Shown here: positions 10,222-19,241 of the stretch, one piece after another
Position numbering within the stretch: the stretch's first letter is position 1
Layout: each line of letters starts with the position of its first letter
Source of the DNA: Gammaproteobacteria bacterium
GTDB lineage: Bacteria > Pseudomonadota > Gammaproteobacteria > Steroidobacterales > JABDKV01
Assembly: GCA_029862165.1 (NCBI GenBank)
Contig: JAOTXU010000007.1
Span: 69,695-133,694 of the forward strand
Reading direction: 5' to 3'
Length of the DNA: 64,000 nucleotides
Notes under the pieces: generated by a model
The model's database searches: none
Seen by the model: only the letters and a program-made list of their open reading frames with translations
What the model was told of the DNA's origin: nothing
Made by a program: the position numbers and the translations under genes

Positions 10222-11661
10222 ATGATTGATCCAGATTCCGTACGTCGACGGACAAAGATCGTAGCGACCCTCGGCCCGGCTACGGACGACGATGCAGTAC
10301 TAAGTCAGCTGATCCTGGCCGGCACTAATATTCTGCGACTGAATTTTTCGCACGGTACCGACAAACAACACGTAGACCGTATCCAGGCTGCGCGCCGTAT
10401 TGCCAACGAGTTGAAGCGGGATGTAGGTGTGCTGGGCGATTTGCAGGGCCCAAAGATTCGTATACACCGGTTTCGTGAAAGCCATGTGCAACTGCAGGAA
10501 GGCGCGACTTTCGTTATCGATGCCAACTACGATGAGGCCGAAGGTAATGAGGAAGTCGTTGGCACGACATACGCGGAGTTAGCCCATGATGTAGACGCTG
10601 GCGATATGCTGATGATTAACGATGGGCGTATCCAGCTTGAAGTGATGGCAACTGAGGGCAGCCGAGTGGTCTGTCGCGTCGTTGTTGGCGGTGAGGTTTC
10701 CGACAACAAGGGGATTAACCGGCAAGGCGGCGGTTTATCCGCCAAGGCGCTGACCGACAAGGATCGCAAGGACATTATTACGGCAGCAGCTCAGGATCTC
10801 GATTACGTTGCAATTTCTTTTCCACGAGGCGCCGAGGATGTACAAGAGGCGCGGCGCTTGTTACGTGCGGCGGGCGGGGATGGTCTGATCGTCGCAAAGA
10901 TTGAGCGTGCCGAGGCGGTCGAGAATATCGATTCCATCATTCAGGTCAGCGACGCTGTCATGGTAGCGCGTGGCGATCTTGGTGTTGAGATTGGCGATGC
11001 TGAATTGCCGGGCGTACAGAAGGACATTATTTCCCGCGCGCGTGATGCGAATCGCGTCGTCATTACGGCGACGCAGATGATGGAATCGATGATTGAGAGT
11101 CCTATACCGACACGCGCCGAAGTATTGGATGTGGCAAACGCGGTAATCGACGGTACCGATGCGGTCATGTTGTCGCAGGAAACAGCGGCCGGAAAACATC
11201 CCGTGAAAGTTATCGAGACAGTGGTCCGGGTATGTCTCGGTGCGGAGCGGCAACGGGAAACACAAATTTCACGTCATCGCATTGATGCGCATTTTGAGCG
11301 CATTGACGAAGCCATAGCTATGGCGACAATGTACAGCGCCAATCATCTGGACGTGCGCGCTATTTTTGCTTTGACTGAATCTGGTTCCACCGCACTGTGG
11401 ATGTCGCGTATCCGGTCTGGCATACCGATATTTGCTTTGACACGTCACGAGACGACTCGTCGTCGCGCTGCGTTATACCGTGGTGTTTATCCACTGGAGT
11501 TCGATGTGTTGCAGGCACAAGCGGGCCGCGTAGGCGAATACGTGCTGAGTCAAATGGTGAAGATGGGTATTGTGGAAAAGGGTGACCGCGTTATTTTTAC
11601 GCGTGGGGATCTTTCCGGTATTGCCGGTGGCACAAACACTATGAAGATCGTCGTGGCCTGA
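10222..11661 (+). CDS. pyk: pyruvate kinase
   Basis: 479 aa with [17 protein letters not shown] and [11 protein letters not shown]. Confidence 0.95.
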   Translation: MIDPDSVRRRTKIVATLGPATDDDAVLSQLILAGTNILRLNFSHGTDKQHVDRIQAARRIANELKRDVGVLGDLQGPKIRIHRFRESHVQLQEGATFVIDANYDEAEGNEEVVGTTYAELAHDVDAGDMLMINDGRIQLEVMATEGSRVVCRVVVGGEVSDNKGINRQGGGLSAKALTDKDRKDIITAAAQDLDYVAISFPRGAEDVQEARRLLRAAGGDGLIVAKIERAEAVENIDSIIQVSDAVMVARGDLGVEIGDAELPGVQKDIISRARDANRVVITATQMMESMIESPIPTRAEVLDVANAVIDGTDAVMLSQETAAGKHPVKVIETVVRVCLGAERQRETQISRHRIDAHFERIDEAIAMATMYSANHLDVRAIFALTESGSTALWMSRIRSGIPIFALTRHETTRRRAALYRGVYPLEFDVLQAQAGRVGEYVLSQMVKMGIVEKGDRVIFTRGDLSGIAGGTNTMKIVVA

Positions 11662-12431
11662 TGAGCGGTTCCCGTTGGAGACTCGACGGGCAGAAAGCAC
11701 TCGTCACTGGCGGAACTCGTGGCATCGGCCATGCCATCACAACCGAGTTGTTGGAGCTGGGCGCAGAGGTACTGGTAGTCGCGCGGAACAGCGATCGTCT
11801 GGACCGATGTTTGCGCGAGTGGCAACAGCGTGGATTTAGCGTAAAGGGCCTGTCCGCCGATCTGTCGAAATCATCCGGGTGGGAAAGCGTGGTCGCGGCC
11901 GTTGCGGTAGATTCGGACCGCCTGGACATCCTGGTCAACAACGCCGGCACCAATATTCGCAAGTCGACGACCGAGTACACCGTGGCGGAATACGACCAGA
12001 TACTGCAGACCAACATGAGTAGTGTCTGGTCGTTGTCCAGACTGTTGTACGAGCCTCTGCGAAAATCTCGAAATAGCAGCGTCGTCATTATCGGTTCGGT
12101 TGCCGGTCTGGTGCACATGCGTACCGGCTCGCCTTACGGCATGACCAAGGCAGCGCTGGTCCAGCTCGCCAAAAACCTCGCGGTAGAGTGGGGTGCTGAC
12201 GGCATTCGCGTCAATACTGTCGCACCCTGGTACATCGACACACCGCTCGCGCAACAGGTGCTCAGAGACCCGGACTACCTGGCGGAAGTACTTACGCGAA
12301 CACCAGCCGGTCGTATAGGTAACCCAGAAGATGTTGCGGCGGCAGTGGCGTTTTTGTGTATGCCCGCCGCTGCCTATGTGACCGGTCAATGCATTGCCGT
12401 CGATGGCGGTTTTACGGCTCTAGGCTTTTGA
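11661..12431 (+). CDS. short-chain dehydrogenase/reductase (tropinone-reductase-like SDR)
   Basis: 256 aa with [10 protein letters not shown] (TGxxxGIG), NNAG and the catalytic YGMTK (YxxxK). The start ATG overlaps the pyk stop by 1 nt (TGATG). Confidence 0.85.
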   Translation: MSGSRWRLDGQKALVTGGTRGIGHAITTELLELGAEVLVVARNSDRLDRCLREWQQRGFSVKGLSADLSKSSGWESVVAAVAVDSDRLDILVNNAGTNIRKSTTEYTVAEYDQILQTNMSSVWSLSRLLYEPLRKSRNSSVVIIGSVAGLVHMRTGSPYGMTKAALVQLAKNLAVEWGADGIRVNTVAPWYIDTPLAQQVLRDPDYLAEVLTRTPAGRIGNPEDVAAAVAFLCMPAAAYVTGQCIAVDGGFTALGF

Positions 12432-12560
12432 CCGGCAGTATTCAAAGAGCGGCATTGCAACTCGAACGGGCCTGAAAGCAAGTGGCGCCGAGACAAGCCA
12501 TCAAGACTTACGAAGAAAAATAGCAGATACTTTTGCACCGCTGTTTTTTTTGGGAAAACG

Positions 12561-14924
12561 ATGACCCTGATCAGACGCGTTCTTATTGTCATTTTTGCGC
12601 TGATTGTGTTGTTAGTGCTGGGCGCCTACCTGTTCTTGCGAGCCAGCCTGCCGCAGCTTGATGGCGAGTTGTCCTTTGTTGGGCTGGACGCTGAGGTGAA
12701 AATCGAGCGTGACGAGCTTGGTGTTGCAACGATTACTGCGCACAGTCGCACGGACGCTGCGTTTGCAACAGGTTTCTTGCATGGTCAGGAACGTTTTTTC
12801 CAGATGGACCTGCAAAGACGTGCTGGTGCCGGTGAATTAGCCGCGTTGTTCGGCGCAGGAGCACTGGAACTTGACCGGACGAATCGTTTACACCGTTTTC
12901 GTTATCGCGCCCGGCAGATGCTGGCTGAGATTCCATCGTCCGATGTGGTGCTATATAGCGCCTACACGGCCGGTGTCAACGCCGGTCTCGAGTCACTGGG
13001 TGCGCGCCCCTTCGAGTATCTGCTGTTGGGGCAAAAACCCGAGCCGTGGCAGGACACTGATATTTTGCTAACGGTGTTCAGCATGTTTTTTGAGTTGAAC
13101 GACCACAATGCCAGTCGTGAGTCCGAACTGGGTGCCCTAAAAGAGCTGCTGACCGCGGAGGCCTATCAATGGCTGATCCAGTCGGGTACTGACTGGGACG
13201 CGCCAATTCGGGGTGAGCTCATACGTGCGACCCCAATCCCGGATCCGGCGGCGCTTGACCTGCGGGATTTGCCACCGGCGTTGTTCAAGGCGGCGAGCCG
13301 TCTGGAACATAGCAAGCCGGCCGCCGGCAGTAACAGTTGGGCGGTCAGTGGCACGCAGACTTCAGACGGCCACGCATTACTGGCCGGTGATATGCACCTG
13401 GGTCATGCAGTACCCAATATCTGGTTTCGGGCGCGTCTGGTCGTCGCCGAAGAGGATCTGGATATCACCGGGTCAACGCTACCTGGAGTGCCACTGGTTA
13501 TCTCAGGTAGCAACGGTCACGTCGCGTGGGCGCTCACCAATAGTTACGGTGATTGGCAAGACCTGATTGAGCTGGAAATCGATCCAGCCAACCCGGAGCA
13601 ATACAGGACACCGTCAGGTTGGCGTGAATTTGAAGAAGTGATCGAACCAATTGTCGTAAAGGGTAATGCGACAGTTGAGTTGGCCATTCGAGAAACTATC
13701 TGGGGTCCAGTGATGGATCAGGATTTTCGTGGCCGAACGCGCGCTTTGCGCTGGCTCCCGCATCTGCCGCAGGCCAGCAATGCAGGTATTGCCAGGTTCG
13801 AACAGGCGCGCAACGTCGAGCAGGCCATCGCTGCAGCGAATCGGGTTGGGGCACCACCGCAAAACTATGTCGTTGCCGATGCGGACGGCCGCATAGGCTG
13901 GACCATCATGGGGCAGATTCCGCGACGTGTCGGTTTTGATCCTGCAACACCGGCATCCTGGGCCGGAGGTGCCGGCTGGCAGGGTTGGACTGCACCCGAG
14001 GACTTTCCACGCATTATTGATCCACCGGAAGGGCTGATCTGGACAGCTAATGCCCGCACTGTCGACGGCGATTGGTTGCGTTTATTGGGTGAAGGCGATC
14101 ACCCGCTCGGGGCACGTCCCAAACAGATACGTGATGGATTGCGTGCACGCAGTGTCCTGAATATCGATGAAATGCTTGCGATCCAGTTAGACGATCGGGC
14201 GTTGTTTTTGCAACGCTGGCGTGACCTGGCTTTGCGATTGCTTACGGAGGAAATTGTGGCAAAGCGAGCCGGGCGCGGTGAGATGCGAAAGCTCATTGAG
14301 GAATGGGGCGGTCATGCCTCTGTAGAATCGGCTGGCTACCGTTTGGTGCGCGCGTTTCGATTGGATACGATCGCAACGGTTACAGCATCGCTGTTGGCGG
14401 GAACACGCGAGCAGCTACCCGATTTTGAGCTCAATCATCACAGCCAGCTGGAACGCCCCGTGTGGCAAGTGATCGAGGAGCGACCGGCACATTTGTTGCC
14501 ACCGGCGTATGTAAGTTGGGAAGATTTCTTAATCGCAATCGTTGATTCTACGATCGACTATTTCGACCAATTTGACGGCACTTTGGCTGATCGCACGTGG
14601 GGTGAGCGCAACACAACGCAAATCGTGCATCCATTGACTTACGGTGTGCCGGCTTTGTCCCGGTGGCTAAACATGCCGGCGCTTGCGCTACCGGGTGATA
14701 GCAATATGCCGCGGGTGCAGAGCCCCACGTTCGGGGCCTCTCAGCGCATGGCCGTTTCACCCGGTCGTGAGGCGACCGGCTACTTCCATATGCCGGGCGG
14801 GCAGAGCGGGCATCCATTGTCACCGTACTACGGCGCGGGGCACGCGGATTGGGCGGCTGGCATACCAGCGCCGTTTCTGCCCGGCAACGCCGATCACCGT
14901 TTGTTGCTCAGACCCGGTCTCTGA
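12561..14924 (+). CDS. penicillin-acylase / acyl-homoserine-lactone-acylase family Ntn hydrolase
   Basis: 787 aa with an N-terminal hydrophobic anchor (VLIVIFALIVLLVLGAYLFL). The predicted autoprocessing site is G|SNSWAVSG, with the Ser codon at 13329-13331. Size and profile fit the two-chain acylase family. Confidence 0.85.
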   Translation: MTLIRRVLIVIFALIVLLVLGAYLFLRASLPQLDGELSFVGLDAEVKIERDELGVATITAHSRTDAAFATGFLHGQERFFQMDLQRRAGAGELAALFGAGALELDRTNRLHRFRYRARQMLAEIPSSDVVLYSAYTAGVNAGLESLGARPFEYLLLGQKPEPWQDTDILLTVFSMFFELNDHNASRESELGALKELLTAEAYQWLIQSGTDWDAPIRGELIRATPIPDPAALDLRDLPPALFKAASRLEHSKPAAGSNSWAVSGTQTSDGHALLAGDMHLGHAVPNIWFRARLVVAEEDLDITGSTLPGVPLVISGSNGHVAWALTNSYGDWQDLIELEIDPANPEQYRTPSGWREFEEVIEPIVVKGNATVELAIRETIWGPVMDQDFRGRTRALRWLPHLPQASNAGIARFEQARNVEQAIAAANRVGAPPQNYVVADADGRIGWTIMGQIPRRVGFDPATPASWAGGAGWQGWTAPEDFPRIIDPPEGLIWTANARTVDGDWLRLLGEGDHPLGARPKQIRDGLRARSVLNIDEMLAIQLDDRALFLQRWRDLALRLLTEEIVAKRAGRGEMRKLIEEWGGHASVESAGYRLVRAFRLDTIATVTASLLAGTREQLPDFELNHHSQLERPVWQVIEERPAHLLPPAYVSWEDFLIAIVDSTIDYFDQFDGTLADRTWGERNTTQIVHPLTYGVPALSRWLNMPALALPGDSNMPRVQSPTFGASQRMAVSPGREATGYFHMPGGQSGHPLSPYYGAGHADWAAGIPAPFLPGNADHRLLLRPGL

Positions 14925-14986
14925 CCCGAGCCGGTTTGTCTAGTCTGCGTTATGCTACGGATGGGCCCAGATTCGAGGTAAACTCT

Positions 14987-15175
14987 ATGAAAATGGGGAC
15001 ACTGTTAGCCATCGTTCTATTTGGATTGGTCACGCTGGCACATTTGCTGCGCCTGCTTCTGAGTACTGAAATTGTCATCGAAAACTGGCAAGTACCGATG
15101 TGGGTCAGTTTGTTGGGTGTGATTGTTCCGGCCACGGTAGCCCTGTTGTTGTTCAGGGAGTCGCGTCATGTTTGA
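14987..15175 (+). CDS. small 2-TM membrane protein (62 aa)
   Basis: Track ORF 14849-15175 trimmed to ATG 14987, which has GAGG 9 nt upstream. MKMGTLLAIVLFGLVTLAHLLRLLL...WVSLLGVIVPATVALLLF gives two hydrophobic helices. No recognisable family. Confidence 0.55.
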   Translation: MKMGTLLAIVLFGLVTLAHLLRLLLSTEIVIENWQVPMWVSLLGVIVPATVALLLFRESRHV

Positions 15176-15192
15176 CGCAAAGGAGATCTGAA

Positions 15193-15621
15193 ATGAACAC
15201 CATCAGTCAATTAATGAACACCAAAGGGAACGCAATCTACTCGATACGTCCCGATGCCACGGTCTATGATGCGATCCACCTGATGGCGGAAAAAAAGATT
15301 GGCGCCTTGTTAGTTATGGATGGCGACAAGCTCGTTGGTGTGATCTCCGAACGAGACTATGCCCGTAACGTGATACTGAAAGGGCGGGCTTCGGAGAGTA
15401 CCGCGGTTAAAGACATCATGACCAAGCGAGTAATTTATGCGCCACCCCAACAAACCATAGAACAAAGCCTGGCGTTGATGACGGAAAAACGAGTTCGGCA
15501 TCTGCCGATCCTGGATCAGGATAAAGTCGTTGGAGTTGTCTCCATGGGAGATCTTGTTAAAGCCATCATCGCCGAGCAGCAACTGACCATCGAGCAGCTG
15601 GAACGCTATATCGCCGGTTAG
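15193..15621 (+). CDS. CBS-pair domain protein (142 aa)
   Basis: Track ORF trimmed to ATG 15193, which has AAGGAGA upstream. Two CBS repeats are present (IGALLVMDGDKLVGVISERD and VRHLPILDQDKVVGVVSMGD). Confidence 0.85.
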   Translation: MNTISQLMNTKGNAIYSIRPDATVYDAIHLMAEKKIGALLVMDGDKLVGVISERDYARNVILKGRASESTAVKDIMTKRVIYAPPQQTIEQSLALMTEKRVRHLPILDQDKVVGVVSMGDLVKAIIAEQQLTIEQLERYIAG

Positions 15622-15674
15622 AGATCCTCACTGGTGGTGTATTCGGCACCCCAGTGGGGCGGTACAATGGCCGG

Positions 15675-16529
15675 ATGAATGACAACAGATTCTCCGGTAC
15701 AGACACTTATATTGCTGATGACGATTTGCAGATGGCCGTAAACGCGGCCGTCACGCTGCAGCGACCCTTGTTGGTCAAGGGCGAGCCCGGCACAGGCAAG
15801 ACGCAGCTAGCTGAGGAGATTGCCCGGTCGCTGGGCATGCCGCTGCATGAGTGGCACATCAAGTCGACAACCAAGGCGCGGCAAGGCTTGTATGAGTACG
15901 ATGCCGTTGCCAGGTTGCGTGATTCCCAGCTTGGTGATGACAAGGTCAAAGACATTTCCAACTATATTTTGCGTGGCAAGCTGTGGGAGGCATTTGTTTC
16001 CGATCAGCGGCCGGTACTTCTGATCGACGAAATTGATAAGGCAGACATCGAGTTCCCCAACGATCTGTTACAGGAGCTCGATCGCATGGAATTTTTTGTT
16101 TATGAAACGCAGGAGCTGGTGCAGGCTAAAAATCGTCCGGTCGTGATAATCACGAGCAACAATGAGAAAGAGCTGCCGGATGCATTCTTGCGGCGTTGTT
16201 TTTTTCACTACATTGCGTTTCCGAATCACGATACGATGAAAAAAATCGTGAAGGTACATTTTCCGGATCTGAAAAAAGACCTGCTGCAAGAAGCACTCAA
16301 TTCTTTTTTCGCAGTACGCGATGTACCGGGTCTCAAGAAACGACCATCCACTTCAGAACTACTGGACTGGATCAAGTTACTGCTGGCCGAGGACATACCA
16401 GTCGAAACACTGCGCGGCAAGGATGCGCGCAAGACCATTCCTGTGCTGCACGGTGCTTTGCTCAAAAACGAGCAGGACGTGCACTTGTTCGAGCGTTTGG
16501 TTTTTCTCGATAAACGCAATGCTCGTTGA
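15675..16529 (+). CDS. MoxR-type AAA+ ATPase (CoxD-like, AAA_5)
   Basis: Walker A GEPGTGKT and Walker B VLLIDEIDKA, followed by ITSNNEKELPDAFLRRC. The start is ATG 15675 or track GTG 15654. Confidence 0.85.
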   Translation: MNDNRFSGTDTYIADDDLQMAVNAAVTLQRPLLVKGEPGTGKTQLAEEIARSLGMPLHEWHIKSTTKARQGLYEYDAVARLRDSQLGDDKVKDISNYILRGKLWEAFVSDQRPVLLIDEIDKADIEFPNDLLQELDRMEFFVYETQELVQAKNRPVVIITSNNEKELPDAFLRRCFFHYIAFPNHDTMKKIVKVHFPDLKKDLLQEALNSFFAVRDVPGLKKRPSTSELLDWIKLLLAEDIPVETLRGKDARKTIPVLHGALLKNEQDVHLFERLVFLDKRNAR

Positions 16530-17724
16530 GTTCTTTTTCTTACTCAAAAAGGCCGGGCTGCCTGTTTCGATTACCGAGTTCCTGGCGCTGCTGGCAGCGC
16601 TGGAAAAACGCGTTGCCAGCGCGGACGTAGAGGATTTTTACTATCTCGCCCGTGCCTGTCTGATAAAGGATGAGCGGCACTACGATCGCTACGATCAGGT
16701 ATTTGCGGCACACTTTCAAGGCGCCGAAATGAGGTTTGCCGAAATTGCCGGCGAGATTCCACTGGAATGGTTGCGCAAGCAAGCCGAACTTATGCTCAGT
16801 GAAGAAGAAAAACAGCGCATCGAAGCGCTGGGTGGTTGGGAAGAATTGATGCAAAGCTTGCGTGACCGTCTTGCAGAACAGGACGACAGGCACCAGGGCG
16901 GTAACAAGTGGATTGGCACAGCCGGGACTTCACCATTTGGTGCGCACGGTTATAACCCGGAGGGCGTGCGCATTGGTCAGGAGGGCGCCGGTCAGCGCAG
17001 CGCCGTCAAAATCTGGGACAAGAGGGCTTATCGCAACCTTGATGATTCCGTGGAATTGGGAACGCGGAACATAAAGTTGGCGTTGCGACGATTGCGGCGG
17101 TTTGCCCGTGAGGGTGCGGCAGACGAACTCGATCTGGACGATACGATTAATGCAACAGCCCGCAACGCCGGCTGGCTGGACATAAAGATGGTGCCGGAGC
17201 GCCACAATGCGATGAAGTTGCTGCTGTTTTTTGATGTCGGCGGTTCGATGGACCCTTATGTACGGGTTTGCGAGGAACTGTTCTCAGCGGTACGCAGCGA
17301 ATTCAAGCATATGGAGTATTTTTATTTTCACAACTTCGTCTACGAGAATTTGTGGAAGGATAATTATCGCCGCCATGCTGAGCGCACGCCTACCTACGAA
17401 GTGCTGCGTACTTTCAGCAAAGACTATCGGGTAATTTTTGTGGGCGACGCCATGATGAGTCCGTATGAGATCACGGTGGCAGGTGGCAGTATTGAGCATT
17501 GGAATGAAGAATCGGGATTGGTGTGGATGCAAAGAGTTCTAGAACATTTCCCCTTTGCCATTTGGCTCAATCCCGAGCCCGTCGGCGCGTGGAAACACAT
17601 CCCCTCGGCGAGGATCACACGTGAGCTGATGCAGGATCGGATGTTTCCGCTTACGCTGGAAGGGCTGGATGCCGGTGTACGTGAACTGAAACGCAATCGT
17701 CAAAACCCGGTCACGCTGTCCTAG
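16519..17724 (+). CDS. VWA-domain protein, CoxE-like
   Basis: 401 aa from ATG 16519, overlapping the MoxR stop by 11 nt. The track start 16321 is an out-of-context over-extension. The N-terminus MLVEFFFLLKKAGLPVSITEF is typical of CoxE-type proteins. The C-terminal VWA fold has a MIDAS-like FFDVGGSMD. Confidence 0.8.
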   Translation: MLVEFFFLLKKAGLPVSITEFLALLAALEKRVASADVEDFYYLARACLIKDERHYDRYDQVFAAHFQGAEMRFAEIAGEIPLEWLRKQAELMLSEEEKQRIEALGGWEELMQSLRDRLAEQDDRHQGGNKWIGTAGTSPFGAHGYNPEGVRIGQEGAGQRSAVKIWDKRAYRNLDDSVELGTRNIKLALRRLRRFAREGAADELDLDDTINATARNAGWLDIKMVPERHNAMKLLLFFDVGGSMDPYVRVCEELFSAVRSEFKHMEYFYFHNFVYENLWKDNYRRHAERTPTYEVLRTFSKDYRVIFVGDAMMSPYEITVAGGSIEHWNEESGLVWMQRVLEHFPFAIWLNPEPVGAWKHIPSARITRELMQDRMFPLTLEGLDAGVRELKRNRQNPVTLS

Positions 17725-17770
17725 GTTTGGCCACGGGACGGTTTGTCTGCACAGCCGACTGATCGCGCAA

Positions 17771-18031
17771 CTATTTTCGCAAAGGATGATCCTCCGGCAG
17801 CTCGTGCAGTATCCAGCTGGCCAGACGGTGTTTGATCATCGGTAGCGATATTTTGTCGTTCGGGAGCGGGATAATTTTTTTGTCGTGCACAAGCAGGCGG
17901 TAGGCGTACTGAATCTTGTCGCTGGCCGAATCAGTGGCCTCGAATTCGACAATCTTGCGGCGTACGGCGTCCTCCATTACGACACGTAGTGCCTCTTTAA
18001 CCAGCGCGTTTTCATTTTTGAGCTTCTTCAT
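17771..18031 (-). CDS. hypothetical 86-aa charged protein
   Basis: ATG ORF (MKKLKNENALVKEALRVVMEDAVRRK...HELPEDHPLRK) 43 nt downstream of greB on the same strand. It has no TM segment and no motif I recognise. Coding status is inferred from length, composition and operon position. Confidence 0.5.
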   Translation of the reverse strand: MKKLKNENALVKEALRVVMEDAVRRKIVEFEATDSASDKIQYAYRLLVHDKKIIPLPNDKISLPMIKHRLASWILHELPEDHPLRK

Positions 18032-18074
18032 TGGGTTTGCACGACCGTGAATAGCGTTAGCGAAAGCGCTGTTG

Positions 18075-18581
18075 TCACAAATCCGATTCCGGTTCGTATC
18101 GAATAGCTTGGATCCACAGCGTCTCTTCGTTGTCGCCTATTTTAACCGTAACCTCGTCATCCGCATATTTTTTTAGCAAAGCGCGCGCTACCGGTGAGTC
18201 GAGGCTGATGTAATTGGGTTGTTGATCGATTTCGTCAGGACCGACTATGCGATACTCGACCTCACTGCCGTCGTCGCGCTCCAGTTTGACCCAGGCGCCA
18301 AAATAGACCTGGTCTGCCGCAGGGCTTTCCCGCACAACTTTGAGTTCCGGCAGGCGTTTTTGCAGGTAGCGAATGCGGCGATCGATTCCGGCCAACTCCT
18401 TTTTCCGGTAGATATACTCGGCGTTTTCTGAACGATCGCCTTCGGCTGCTGCAGCAGACAAGGCTGTTACGACATCGCGGCGCCGACGCCACAGCGCGGA
18501 CTGCTCCTCTTGAAGTACCGCAAATCCCTGCGCGGTTATGTAGGGAGTCGATTTAGCCGGTGGCGGACGCCAACGACCCAT
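18075..18581 (-). CDS. greB: transcript cleavage factor GreB
   Basis: 168 aa with GDRSENAEYIYRKKEL..IDRRIRYL, YFGAWV and ISLDSPVARALLKK, colinear with E. coli GreB. It has about a 10-aa N-terminal extension. Confidence 0.9.
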   Translation of the reverse strand: MGRWRPPPAKSTPYITAQGFAVLQEEQSALWRRRRDVVTALSAAAAEGDRSENAEYIYRKKELAGIDRRIRYLQKRLPELKVVRESPAADQVYFGAWVKLERDDGSEVEYRIVGPDEIDQQPNYISLDSPVARALLKKYADDEVTVKIGDNEETLWIQAIRYEPESDL

Positions 18582-18583
18582 TC

Positions 18584-19108
18584 CTATTGCGCATCTGCGG
18601 TCATCAATTCCCGCAAATCCGACAGCACTTGTTCGGAGTGCACATCCGGATCAACCTTTTCGTAGTGTTTGGCGATGCGGCAGTCAGGGTCGATCAGAAA
18701 GGTCTGGCGTTTGGCAATTTTCTTGATCCCCATGTTGCGCACGACACCGTAACGGTTTGCGGCAATGTGATCGATGTCCGCCAATAATGGAAACGGAAGA
18801 GAGTATTTCTCGGCAAACTTCTTGTGCGATTCTACGTCATCGAGACTCACGCCCAGTATCGCGACATTCATTTTCTTAAATTTGAAGATATCGTCACGAA
18901 ATGCACAGGCTTCTGTGGTGCAGCCGGGAGTGTCGTCCTTGGGGTAGAAATAGAGCGCCACCCATTGCCCGTGATAGTCTGCCTGCGTGTGCCATTTTCC
19001 GTTTTGGTCCTGTAAGCGGAAATCCGGGGCCAACTCTCCGACCACGGGGCCTGCCAGCACGGGAATCGTTGCCAACAGCAAAGATAGGCCAATCAGATAA
19101 CCGCGCAT
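18584..19108 (-). CDS. Bcp-type peroxiredoxin with N-terminal signal sequence
   Basis: FYPKDDTPGCTTEACAFRD (the PxxxTxxC peroxidatic site). I placed the start at ATG 19108 (MRGYLIGLSLLLATIPVLAGP, GAGGG upstream). Track ATG 19228 and ATG 19141 are alternatives. Confidence 0.8.
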   Translation of the reverse strand: MRGYLIGLSLLLATIPVLAGPVVGELAPDFRLQDQNGKWHTQADYHGQWVALYFYPKDDTPGCTTEACAFRDDIFKFKKMNVAILGVSLDDVESHKKFAEKYSLPFPLLADIDHIAANRYGVVRNMGIKKIAKRQTFLIDPDCRIAKHYEKVDPDVHSEQVLSDLRELMTADAQ

Positions 19109-19241
19109 GCCTGGCACCCTCACTGGAAATTTCTCTTGCATTGTCTCCATCCACGGCCCTGGCTGCAATTGGGTTGATCGGGTTCCTTGCGCCGTCAGAT
19201 GCCTGAGTGATAATGCATTGATGGACATGCAGATTTAACGG

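Noticed and set aside
12544-12551. T8 run upstream of the acylase gene, considered as the terminator of the SDR gene.
   Set aside because: No stable GC stem precedes it (best pairing is 3 bp). It sits 9 nt from the acylase ATG and more likely belongs to the ribosome-binding region.
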